Source of the DNA: an uncultured bacterium
GTDB taxonomy: Bacteria; Chloroflexota; UBA5177; JANWHV01
Reading direction: 5' to 3'
Assembly: GCA_963729625.1 (NCBI GenBank)
Contig: CAVSOU010000010.1
Coordinates: 224,001 to 288,000 of the forward strand
DNA: 64,000 nt
The translations under genes were made by a program, and so were the position numbers. The notes under the pieces are model-generated. The model was not told the origin of the DNA and searched no databases. It saw only the letters and a list, made by a program, of their open reading frames with translations. Below are positions 28,985-37,522 of the stretch, piece after piece (position 1 is the stretch's first letter; each line of letters starts with the position of its first letter).

Positions 28985-30604
28985 ATGACTCGCAGGAAGG
29001 TTGCCCGATCGCTGGCGGTAGCTGTGCTGCTCGGCGTGACAATTGTCGCGCCTGCAGCAGGCCGGCACGCGCTGGCGAGCGCACCACAAGCCAAGATCAC
29101 GACGCTCGTCGTGGGCTGGGACGTTTCGGACGGCAAGACACTGGATCCGAACCGGGAGTACGAGTTTACGGGTCAGACCACCGATCACCAGCTCTACGAC
29201 TCGCTGGTCACCCTGAAGGGTGGCGATGTGGCCAACATACAGCCTGACCTTGCCACGAGCTGGAAGGTCACGGGCGGCGGCACCGTGTTCACGTTTACGC
29301 TTCGGCAGGGGGTGAAATTCTCGAGCGGTAACCCGGTGACTGCAGACGACGTCGTCTTCTCGTACAAGCGATTGCAAAACCTGAAGGACAATCCGTCGAC
29401 GCTGATCGGCGGCATGAAAGATATCAAGGCGCTCAATCCTTCTACGGTCCAGATCACGCTGAGCGCTCCCGACGTGTCGTTCCTGGGCGCCATGGTAGGA
29501 CCGCAGTTCGCCGTACTTGATTCCAAGACGGTAATCGCGCACGGCGGTACGGACGCGGCGGATGCTGCCAAGACAGACACCGCGACGGCCTATCTCGATG
29601 CCAACTCGGCGGGAACCGGGCCCTACATCTTGAAGGAGTGGACCCGCAACACGCGCATCGTGCTGGACCGCAATCCCAGCTACTGGGGTCCGGCGCCATA
29701 CTTCCAGGAAGTGATTCTCAACGGCGTGAAGGACTCGCAGACTCAGATGCTGCAGCTGCAGAAGGGCGACGCGGACATGGCTTTTGCCCTGTCGTCCGAC
29801 CAGGTTGCGTCGCTGAAGTCTGCTCCAGGGGTAAAGGTCTCGGTCGGGGCAACTCTCGACTACATCTATCTGGCGATGAATATGTCCCCGGCGATCTCCA
29901 AGCCACAATCCAGCGCGCTCGTTCGCCAGGCGATCCGCTACGCGATCGACTACAACGGGATCATCAAAGACCTGCTGAACGGGACGGGGCAGCACATTGC
30001 CAGCGTGATCCCGATTGGCTACGTCGGCAACAGCGTGGCGCAGAATGCCGCGCAGCGTATCAACACGGATCCGGCCAAGGCCAAGGCTCTCCTGGCGCAG
30101 GCAGGTTATCCGAACGGATTCACTACGTCGATCACCTATCCATCTCCCCTGTCGTTCGACGGCGTCAACTTCGACGTGATGGCGCCAAAGGTCGCCAACG
30201 ACCTGAAGTCCGTCGGGATCACGGCGACGCTGAAGGCTGTACCGTATTCCACGTGGCTGGCGAACTACCGCGCGCGCAAGGAGCAGATCAGCCTGGGTCC
30301 GTGGGGCGCCGACTATCCAGATGCCTATGACAATCTCAGCTATTTTGGCCCGGGCGACAACGTGGGCCTGCGCGTGAACTACACAACTGACGGAAATCTG
30401 CCGGCCCTGATCGCGAAAGGCGATACGATTGCAGACAATGCCCAGCGCGGGGCGCTTTACAATCAGGTCCAGCAGCAGCTCTTGAAGACCGGCCCGTTCG
30501 TTACCCTTGTGGAGCCGTCGTTCCCGGTCGGCCTTCGTGCCAATATCAAGGGATTCGTCTACACGCCGATCTGGGATGTTTCATTCGCGGAGCTAAGTAA
30601 GTAG
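28985..30604 (+). CDS. Peptide ABC substrate-binding protein (family 5)
   Basis: GGAGG RBS at 28971; TLDP, LRQGVKFSSGNPVTADDV, GTGPY, VRQAIRYAID. Confidence 0.93.
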   Translation: MTRRKVARSLAVAVLLGVTIVAPAAGRHALASAPQAKITTLVVGWDVSDGKTLDPNREYEFTGQTTDHQLYDSLVTLKGGDVANIQPDLATSWKVTGGGTVFTFTLRQGVKFSSGNPVTADDVVFSYKRLQNLKDNPSTLIGGMKDIKALNPSTVQITLSAPDVSFLGAMVGPQFAVLDSKTVIAHGGTDAADAAKTDTATAYLDANSAGTGPYILKEWTRNTRIVLDRNPSYWGPAPYFQEVILNGVKDSQTQMLQLQKGDADMAFALSSDQVASLKSAPGVKVSVGATLDYIYLAMNMSPAISKPQSSALVRQAIRYAIDYNGIIKDLLNGTGQHIASVIPIGYVGNSVAQNAAQRINTDPAKAKALLAQAGYPNGFTTSITYPSPLSFDGVNFDVMAPKVANDLKSVGITATLKAVPYSTWLANYRARKEQISLGPWGADYPDAYDNLSYFGPGDNVGLRVNYTTDGNLPALIAKGDTIADNAQRGALYNQVQQQLLKTGPFVTLVEPSFPVGLRANIKGFVYTPIWDVSFAELSK

Positions 30605-30655
30605 CTCGACACACTTGCCCGCAACCAATAGACAGGTTCTCGGCGCCCACGATCG

Positions 30656-30750
30656 CTTCCGGTTGAGAAGCCGTTGGCTGGAAGGGAGGTACGTGGCCGG
30701 CAATGCCGGCCACGTACCTCCCTGCTAACCGGTATGCTTGTCACCGGAAG
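30656..30750 (+). repeat. Long intercistronic stem-loop with a perfect 20 bp inverted repeat core
   Basis: AGGGAGGTACGTGGCCGGCA-A-TGCCGGCCACGTACCTCCCT (30683-30723), nested in CTTCCGGT...ACCGGAAG. Confidence 0.85.
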
Positions 30751-30861
30751 TAACGGCTGCATGCCTTGCGCTCAGGGGTTGTTTACGCGTTCCATGGCAG
30801 GCGCTTACGATCGCGTCGACGGGACGCGAACAGACCCTTATCCGGGAGACCCTGCGTTTCG

Positions 30862-31881
30862 ATGAGTCTTGGATCCTTCATCCTTCGCCGCCTTCTGCTG
30901 ATCATCCCGGTGGTGGTCGGTATTACGGTGGTAACCTTTCTCGTTTCGCATTCCGTGCCTGCCGACCCAATCGCCGCCAACCTGGGGCAGCGCGCGCAGG
31001 ACGACCCTGCAATCATCCAGCAGTACCGTCACGAGTGGGGCCTGGACAAGTCGTTGCCCCAGCAATATGTCACGTACGTCTGGAACATAGCGCACGGCGA
31101 TATGGGAATATCGATTTCCACGCGGCGCCCGGTCGTCGAGGATTTAAAGCAATATTTCCCCGCCACGGTGGAGCTGTCTGTCGCGGCGCTCCTGTTTGCG
31201 ATGCTCGTCGGCATCCCGCTTGGCGTGGTCGCGTCCACCCATCGCGATCGGCCGGTCGACCATCTTGCCCGAGGGCTCTCGCTCGTCGGCGTGGCCACGC
31301 CGGTATTCTGGCTAGGACTGATGCTACTCGTCCTGTTCTACTCCAAGCTTGGCTGGGCGCCGGGTCCTGGTCAGCTTGATGCCGACTACAATCCACCGCC
31401 TGTCCACACTGGCATGATCATCGTCGATAGCATCCTGGCCGGCGATACCGATGACTTGCAGAACAGCCTCGAGCATCTGATCCTCCCGGCGCTCACGCTC
31501 GGTAGCTACACGATGGGCATTATCACGCGCATGATTCGCAGCAGTATGGTTGAGGCGCTCGCCCAGGACTACATTCGCACGGCCAAGGCAAAGGGCGTGG
31601 CGAGGCGGCGAATTGTCTACCGGCACGCGCTGCGAAACGCATTCATACCCACGCTGACCCTGGTAGGCTTGGCGTTCGGCAGCCTCCTGTCCGGCGCCGT
31701 TCTGACCGAAACCATCTTCTCCTGGCAAGGAATCGGTTCCTACGCCACGAAGACCGCTGCGCTGCTCGACTATCCGGCGATCATGGGCGTGGCTCTAGTG
31801 ACCGCGGTGATCTATGTGTTTGTCAACCTCTTGGTCGATATTCTGTACGGCGTGTTGAACCCACAGATTCGAGCGCGATGA
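30862..31881 (+). CDS. Peptide ABC permease (DppB-like)
   Basis: FILRRLL, GDMGIS, FPATVEL, QDYIRTAKAKG. Confidence 0.95.
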   Translation: MSLGSFILRRLLLIIPVVVGITVVTFLVSHSVPADPIAANLGQRAQDDPAIIQQYRHEWGLDKSLPQQYVTYVWNIAHGDMGISISTRRPVVEDLKQYFPATVELSVAALLFAMLVGIPLGVVASTHRDRPVDHLARGLSLVGVATPVFWLGLMLLVLFYSKLGWAPGPGQLDADYNPPPVHTGMIIVDSILAGDTDDLQNSLEHLILPALTLGSYTMGIITRMIRSSMVEALAQDYIRTAKAKGVARRRIVYRHALRNAFIPTLTLVGLAFGSLLSGAVLTETIFSWQGIGSYATKTAALLDYPAIMGVALVTAVIYVFVNLLVDILYGVLNPQIRAR

Positions 31882-32783
31882 TGGCTGCGAACCAGATAGC
31901 GGGGCCGGCAACCGGCGATCCCCTGAGTGGGGAGATTGGTATCGGGCAGGTGAGCCGGCGAAGCAGGATGCGAGTCCTGTCTCGCAACCGGCTAGCCGTT
32001 ACCGGCCTCGTGATCGTACTGTTCTGGCTGCTGATCTCGCTGCTGTCGCCGGTGCTGCCGCTTCTCGATCCGTACTTCGAGGACCTGTCGCACCGGCTCC
32101 AGGGACCTGGGGTCGCCGGACATCTGCTTGGCACTGACTCGGTCGGCCAGGACGTTCTCAGTCGCCTGCTGCACGGTGGCGCGACATCGCTGGAGCTCGG
32201 CGCGCTGGTGGTCATCCTGGGCGGCGTGATCGGGCTTACGATCGGCGTGGCGGCCGGCTACTACGGCGGGGTCGTCGACGAAGTCCTCATGCGCATGACG
32301 GAAGTTGTGCTTGCGTTTCCAGTGATCGTGCTGGCTATCGCCGTGGCCGCTGGATTGGGCGCGAGCGAGAGGAACGCGGTGATCTCGCTGATGGTCGTCT
32401 GGTGGCCTTCGTACGCGCGGCTCGGCCGTGGCCTTGTGCTTGGCATCAAGGAGCACGAATACGTGACGGCAGCGCGAGCGCTCGGTCAGGGGACACGCGG
32501 AATCATGTGGCGCACGATCCTGCCGAACATGATCAGTCCCGTTGTCGTGTATGCGACCATCGATCTGGGCAACGCGATCACCACCCTTGCCGCGCTCAGC
32601 TTCATCGGCGTGGGCGTGCCGCCGAACACGCCCGAGTGGGGCGTGATGATCAGTCAGGGCGCCAACAACTTCGATCAGTGGTGGATTTCCGTGTTCCCCG
32701 GCGTCGCGCTCTTCAGCGTCATCGTCGGTTGCAACTTCTTCGGGGACGGGTTACGCGACGCTCTCGACCCTCGTGCGCAGTAA
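31878..32783 (+). CDS. Peptide ABC permease (DppC-like)
   Basis: HLLGTD, EYVTAARALG, PEWG, GDGLRDALDP. Confidence 0.95.
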   Translation: MMAANQIAGPATGDPLSGEIGIGQVSRRSRMRVLSRNRLAVTGLVIVLFWLLISLLSPVLPLLDPYFEDLSHRLQGPGVAGHLLGTDSVGQDVLSRLLHGGATSLELGALVVILGGVIGLTIGVAAGYYGGVVDEVLMRMTEVVLAFPVIVLAIAVAAGLGASERNAVISLMVVWWPSYARLGRGLVLGIKEHEYVTAARALGQGTRGIMWRTILPNMISPVVVYATIDLGNAITTLAALSFIGVGVPPNTPEWGVMISQGANNFDQWWISVFPGVALFSVIVGCNFFGDGLRDALDPRAQ

Positions 32784-32842
32784 AGGAGCTTCCTGTGCTC
32801 GGCGAGGACTCGGGAGCGTGAGTGGCGCGGGAATCGGGAGGT

Positions 32843-32929
32843 TGGTGCCGAGGAGGAGACTCGAACTCCCATGAGCGCGATGCTCGCTAGCCCCTCAAGC
32901 TAGTGCGTCTGCCATTTCGCCACCTCGGC
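32843..32929 (-). tRNA. tRNA-Leu (anticodon GAG)
   Basis: GCCGAGG/CCTCGGC acceptor stem, CTAGC-TTGAGGG-GCTAG anticodon arm, long variable arm, GTTCGAGTC, CCA; 87 nt. Confidence 0.96.
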
Positions 32930-32940
32930 TTACCTCCGGT

Positions 32941-32969
32941 AGTATAGGGGTCACCTGGCAAGATGTCAA
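32941..32969 (-). promoter_or_regulatory. Sigma70 promoter of tRNA-Leu
   Basis: TTGACA, 17 bp, TATACT on the minus strand. Confidence 0.8.
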
Positions 32970-33258
32970 ACTCCCTGCGGGCTAGATAGATAGGCACCGG
33001 CAAACGTCCGATTCCTGCCTCAAAAGCCTGTTTCCTGCTTGAAACAGGAATAAGTTATCCAGCGGGCTTGCGCGGCCACACACTGTCGTCGCCGCGGGGA
33101 GTCGTCGCGGTTGCGGCCGGTCGTTGCGGTCGTCGCGGGCGGGAGCCGGCGCCATGCCTTTCGCGGCTCGTTGTCGCGTGCCGAGGTTGCCGCCCTGCCG
33201 GCCCAGGCGTAGAGCTGGGGCTTAGCACCCTGCGCGCTGGACGATTATCCAAACGGCA

Positions 33259-33287
33259 TGGACAAGCCCGCTTGATCGGACTAGAAT
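33259..33287 (+). promoter_or_regulatory. Putative sigma70 promoter
   Basis: TGGACA, 17 bp, TAGAAT. Confidence 0.55.
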
Positions 33288-33474
33288 GGGCCGCCAGGCG
33301 AGGAGGCGACCTCCCGCGCCACGCGCCGAGCGTGATTCCCGGCCCGTTTGAGAGTCCCGTAGAGTGTTTGGCCTGGAGTTGCGAGCGCTTCGACTGTTAG
33401 TCTGGGCGTGTGGAAGGGATGAGTGCCTGCAACGGCGATAACCCGATTCTCAGTTCGTGGAGCGGGGCGCGAAC

Positions 33475-33733
33475 ATGACAACGATTCTGAGCAGAGCGAG
33501 ACGTGCCTTGATCATCGCCCGGGTCGGGACCGTGCTGGTAGCAGCAGCGTGTGCCACTTACGCCGCGGGCTTACGGTTGCTTGATGGTGGTTCCGGCTTC
33601 GGCGCCAGTCTTGTCAGCCCCGGCACAGGCACAAGCCCACTTGCGTTACAGTCTGCTCTTCGCGTTAGGGGCGGTGGTGACCAGCGCAACGTTATGCGTG
33701 GCTGTTGCACGGATATCTCGCGCAGTGCGATGA
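33475..33733 (+). pseudogene. Putative frameshifted small membrane protein
   Basis: Hydrophobic N-terminal segment in one frame; second hydrophobic segment (YSLLFALGAVVTSATLCVAV) in another frame. Confidence 0.35.
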
Positions 33734-33770
33734 TCGCCGCAGTGGAACAGCGTTGCCGTCGGAGGTGGGC

Positions 33771-34330
33771 ATGAAAGGCAAAATGCCCGGCGTGAGCCGA
33801 AGTACGGCGGCTGCGACCTGCGTGTTCTTGATTCTTGCGGGCTGCGCGGTGGTCGCGGCTCACGTCCTTGATGACAAGATTCCCGTATCCGCAGATCGCT
33901 ATGATGCGCTAGACATAACGCCGCCCTATTGGCTGCTCCTCGGCTGGGGGTAGTACTTCTGCTAGTGTTCGCCGCTTCGAAAGCGTGGATGGCCCCCATC
34001 AGCGGAGGTGTCAGCCGGGCTCTCTTCCGACTGGCCGGCGCAGGGACGTTCCTCGATGGCCTGCTCATGGCATTCGGTGATTGGAATGCGATTACCAGAC
34101 CATGTGCACCCGGAGAGGACTCAATCTGCTTCATCGGATGTACCTGCAGTAGAATCGATCAGGCGGATTGGGCGAAGTGGGTGCACTGAGACAGACTTCA
34201 GATCCCCCTGCACCTGGGGGCCTGCGTGCTGCTCGTCATCGCATTCCGCTTTGCAGCCCTGACCTGGAGGCAGCTGCGAAGCAGCACCGTCAAAGATCAA
34301 AGATCGAGACACACACCAAGCCCTGCTGAC
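33771..34330 (+). pseudogene. Putative degraded membrane protein (frameshift near 33945, in-frame TGA at 34187)
   Basis: GGAGG RBS plus ATG; successive TM-like segments across two frames and past a stop. Confidence 0.4.
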
Positions 34331-34354
34331 AGAGCAGTTCAGTGCCTCGATGCG

Positions 34355-34792
34355 ATGAACGGGCGACCTGAAACGCAGCGCTTGGACGGCGGCGAATGCG
34401 CCATCTTGGCGGCCCGGCTGCTCAACTACGATCGTGTTCCTCCCTGGCAGGCGCTGCCTGACGACGACGCGCTACAACTGTCCGAACCGTTCCTCGACGT
34501 CGAGTGGGAGGACGTGCTTGGCGCGCTGTATGACGCGATGGCTGAGGGAAGCAGGCGATTCGTCATTCGCAAAGAGGGCTTGACCGCGCATGCACCATAC
34601 AACGCGCTGGTGGCGTATCGGCGCCCCGAGCGTCGCAGCTTCTGGGTCAGCCTGCTCGTGGAATTCGCCGCTCCCTCGTTGCCCGATGCAGTCAACGAGC
34701 GACCCGAAACGCAGTGGCCGGATGGCAGCGAATCGCTAGTGGTCTCCCCTCCTGACACGTCGACTGAGGTGCCAGTAACTTACTACTACTGA
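34355..34792 (+). CDS. Hypothetical protein
   Basis: Protein-like acidic ORF (3' part of ORF 34226-34792); start uncertain. Confidence 0.4.
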   Translation: MNGRPETQRLDGGECAILAARLLNYDRVPPWQALPDDDALQLSEPFLDVEWEDVLGALYDAMAEGSRRFVIRKEGLTAHAPYNALVAYRRPERRSFWVSLLVEFAAPSLPDAVNERPETQWPDGSESLVVSPPDTSTEVPVTYYY

Positions 34793-35302
34793 TTCTCGTG
34801 GGCTGCTCAATGGTCGCGGCTCACCTCAGCATTTCCCGGCTTGGGCAAGCAGGAATCGCAGTATTGACGGTCCGCGCCGTGCACAGGTTGACCGCAACGG
34901 GTACATGTGGGCGAAAACGCGGGCCGCGGGAAAGATGCCGGCTTTGGCGGCTTGGTGCGCACGCCAGCCCGGCCGCACTGCACCTGCTCTGGGTCAACAG
35001 CGTAGGAAGCGCTGAGGGGTTTGGATCCGGCTTCTTGGGACTGCCAGCACGACCGCCGTGCGCGGATTCGTCACGGGTGCTGGCGCCGACCCTACACTAC
35101 CCGCCGTCGTGTGTGCCGATGCCTCCCGCAGACTGCTGGCCGTCGTGTCCACCTGCCATGGGGCGCCCGCCTCATCGCCGCTCGTACCGGTTCTACGGCC
35201 TGCCCTCGCGTTCGGCCGCGACCTGTGGTGCGGCAGGCCTAGGCAGCTCGCAGCCACCAGGCGCTAGGGCGGCACGTGCTGCAACCAGGGAAGAATGGCT
35301 TG

Positions 35303-35524
35303 CTATAAGCTGCTGGAGACGGTATTCAACGTCGTCGAAATCCGGGGCTGCAAGTACTTGAGAGCCACGATCACAAGAATCGCGATCAGGGCGAGAATGA
35401 GCGCGTACTCGACCAGCCCTTGCCCCTTGTGCGTATCGAGCAGCCGTGCGAACCACTGCTGGAATCTGATGGTCGCCAGCTGAACTCTGTCGGCAAACCG
35501 TGCCTTGGTCGGGTCCGATTCCAT
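35303..35524 (-). CDS. Flp/Fap family type IVb pilin
   Basis: KG|QGLVEYALILALIAILVI prepilin cleavage and Flp motif; AAGGAG RBS. Confidence 0.92.
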   Translation of the reverse strand: MESDPTKARFADRVQLATIRFQQWFARLLDTHKGQGLVEYALILALIAILVIVALKYLQPRISTTLNTVSSSL

Positions 35525-35631
35525 CAGAGATCTTCTCCTTGCGCTCCGCGGGAGTACCGAAACCGCACCAAACCGTGGAAACTGCTTCTGCCTCTATGCC
35601 ACATTCTCGCACGGTTATTGCGGTTCGCTGA

Positions 35632-35661
35632 TACCCGAATGGGTACTACCCGAAATGGGTG
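35632..35661. promoter_or_regulatory. Tandem palindromes upstream of the pilin (NarL/LuxR-type sites)
   Basis: TACCC-GAAT-GGGTA followed by TACCC-GAAAT-GGGTG. Confidence 0.55.
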
Positions 35662-36104
35662 CCGGAGGGCTGGAAGCCGGTTGAGCGACGCGAGGGCACG
35701 CGCAATAGTGCTGAGGCCGCGACCGACGCCCTTGGCGTCGCACTGACAGTTCGGCAGGGTCCTTGCTCTGTCATTGCGAGAGAACTCTCGCTGCTGCTCC
35801 AAGCGCCGGCCTCCTGGCTCCAGCGTTCGACAGTCGCCTCGGAGCACCAGCTGCTCTAGCTGGAACGCGAGCTGAGCAACAATGGGCTTTTTGACGGATG
35901 TTCTGCCGCAGGCCGCACCGTGAGCATATCGGTGGCGAGAAAGCTGCCGGACCGGGTTCACAGCACAGCGGCAGTGGAGGTGACGAGATGCAAGCCTTCA
36001 GGCCGGCGACAGCCGGCGAAAACCCATGCTCGCGACCACATATGGTGGTGTCTTGCGGCTTGGTCGGCGAGAATCAGGTAGGCCCTGCACCGCCCGAGCC
36101 ACAA

Positions 36105-36133
36105 TTGACAGGTCGGCAACAAGCGGTTAGACT
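36105..36133 (+). promoter_or_regulatory. Sigma70 promoter upstream of nusA
   Basis: TTGACA, 17 bp, TAGACT. Confidence 0.75.
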
Positions 36134-36139
36134 CCTCAA

Positions 36140-36302
36140 GGGAGCCATAGCCACTGGCTGCGTTTTGGTGTGCCCAGAATCCGCGAAATGTGCCTGGCGG
36201 CGCAGTGGGGCTTCGTGGTGTTCTTGTGCGTGCAGGAAGCGCATTCGACCAAGGCTTGAAGGGAACCAACGCGTAGCAGCAAAAGCGCAGTAGGCAGGGC
36301 TT
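36140..36302 (+). ncRNA. Candidate structured RNA (6S-like rod) or structured nusA leader
   Basis: Nested base pairing traced by eye from the 5' and 3' ends inward, with a central bubble; begins at the expected transcription start. Confidence 0.4.
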
Positions 36303-36334
36303 AGCAAGCCGGCGTGATCGCTGTCACGGCGTGG

Positions 36335-36360
36335 AGAAGTGGGCACGATGCCCACTTCTT
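36335..36360 (+). promoter_or_regulatory. rimP/nusA leader-type hairpin
   Basis: AGAAGTGGGCA-CGA-TGCCCACTTCT, 65 nt before nusA. Confidence 0.7.
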
Positions 36361-36424
36361 GCTATCTGGGGACGTTTTCGCGAGGTTCGAGGTTGGGCAT
36401 CGAGCAGTAAGGGCGAGCGACACA

Positions 36425-37513
36425 ATGAAAAACGATTTTCTCACTGCAATCCTGCAGATCACGGACGAGAAACATTTGCCCAAAGACGTCGTGGTCCAGG
36501 CGATTGAATCGGCGCTCACCGCGACATACAAGCGAAACCTGGGTCCCGTGCCGGAGGTCCACGTACGGCTGAATGAGCATACCGGCGAGTTCAGGATATT
36601 CGCCGAGAAGCGCGTCGTGATCGACGTCAAGGATCCCAAAGTCGAGATCTCGCTCAAGGACGCGCAGGAGCTGCCCGAGACGGCGGGGCTGGACGCAGTC
36701 GTGGAAGTGGAAATCGTGAAGCCCGCGGACTTCGGGCGAATCGCCGCACAGACCGCTCGGCAGGTCATCATGCAGCGTATCAACGACGCTGAGCGCGACA
36801 AGCTCTACAGTGAACTCGTCGGGCACGAAAACGACCTGCATGGCGGCATTGTGCAGCGGATCGAACCAGGGCGAGGAGTAGTCCTGGACCTCGGAAAGGT
36901 CGAAGCCCTGCTCCCTCCTCAGGAACAGGCCCCCGGCGAACACTACCGAGTAGGGCAGCGTCTGAAAGTCTATATGATGGAGATCGCCAAGTCGCCGCGT
37001 GGACTGCAGGTTACAGTCTCCAGGACGCATCGGAACCTTGTGAAGCGGCTCTTCGAGCTTGAGGTCCCGGAGATCTTCACTGGTTTGGTGGAAATCAAGG
37101 CAATCGCCCGCGATCCGGGAGTGCGTACTAAGGTTGCGGTAGCGGCACGACAGGAGAATGTCGATCCCGTCGGCGCGTGCGTGGGGCAGCGAGGCGTGCG
37201 TATCCAAAACGTGGTGAACGAATTGAATGGCGAGAAGATCGACGTTGCGCAGTGGAACAGCGATCCGGCAACTTTTGTTGCGAACGCACTCAGACCGGCG
37301 ACGGTGCTTCGGGTCACAATCGATGAGAGCACGAAGAGCGCGCTGGTCGTCGTCCCAGAGCGTGAGCTTTCCCTGGCAATAGGCAAAGACGGACAGAATG
37401 CGCGTCTCGCCGCGCGCCTGACCGGTTGGAGGATCGACATCAAGCGCCCGTCCGAGCAGGCGGTTACCGAGCAGACCGGCCCGAACGTAGCGAGTGGCGG
37501 GCACAAGAGATAA
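36425..37513 (+). CDS. nusA: Transcription termination factor NusA
   Basis: FGRIAAQTARQVI, DPVGACVG.RG, SLAIGKDGQNARLAARLTGWRIDI. Confidence 0.98.
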   Translation: MKNDFLTAILQITDEKHLPKDVVVQAIESALTATYKRNLGPVPEVHVRLNEHTGEFRIFAEKRVVIDVKDPKVEISLKDAQELPETAGLDAVVEVEIVKPADFGRIAAQTARQVIMQRINDAERDKLYSELVGHENDLHGGIVQRIEPGRGVVLDLGKVEALLPPQEQAPGEHYRVGQRLKVYMMEIAKSPRGLQVTVSRTHRNLVKRLFELEVPEIFTGLVEIKAIARDPGVRTKVAVAARQENVDPVGACVGQRGVRIQNVVNELNGEKIDVAQWNSDPATFVANALRPATVLRVTIDESTKSALVVVPERELSLAIGKDGQNARLAARLTGWRIDIKRPSEQAVTEQTGPNVASGGHKR

Positions 37514-37522
37514 GAGATCGCT

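Noticed and set aside
32998-33072. GGCAAAC...AAAGCC...AGCGGGCTTGC resembling a c-di-GMP-I riboswitch
   Set aside because: No P2 stem with a GNRA tetraloop, no GACGCAAA motif, and no gene immediately downstream
33080-33140. GTCGTCGC repeats as a CRISPR array
   Set aside because: Units are 8 bp and irregularly spaced, and there are no cas genes; no CRISPR array was seen in the window
34994-35257. 87 aa minus-strand ORF downstream of the pilin as a tad/cpa gene
   Set aside because: No recognisable motif or RBS; low-complexity sequence
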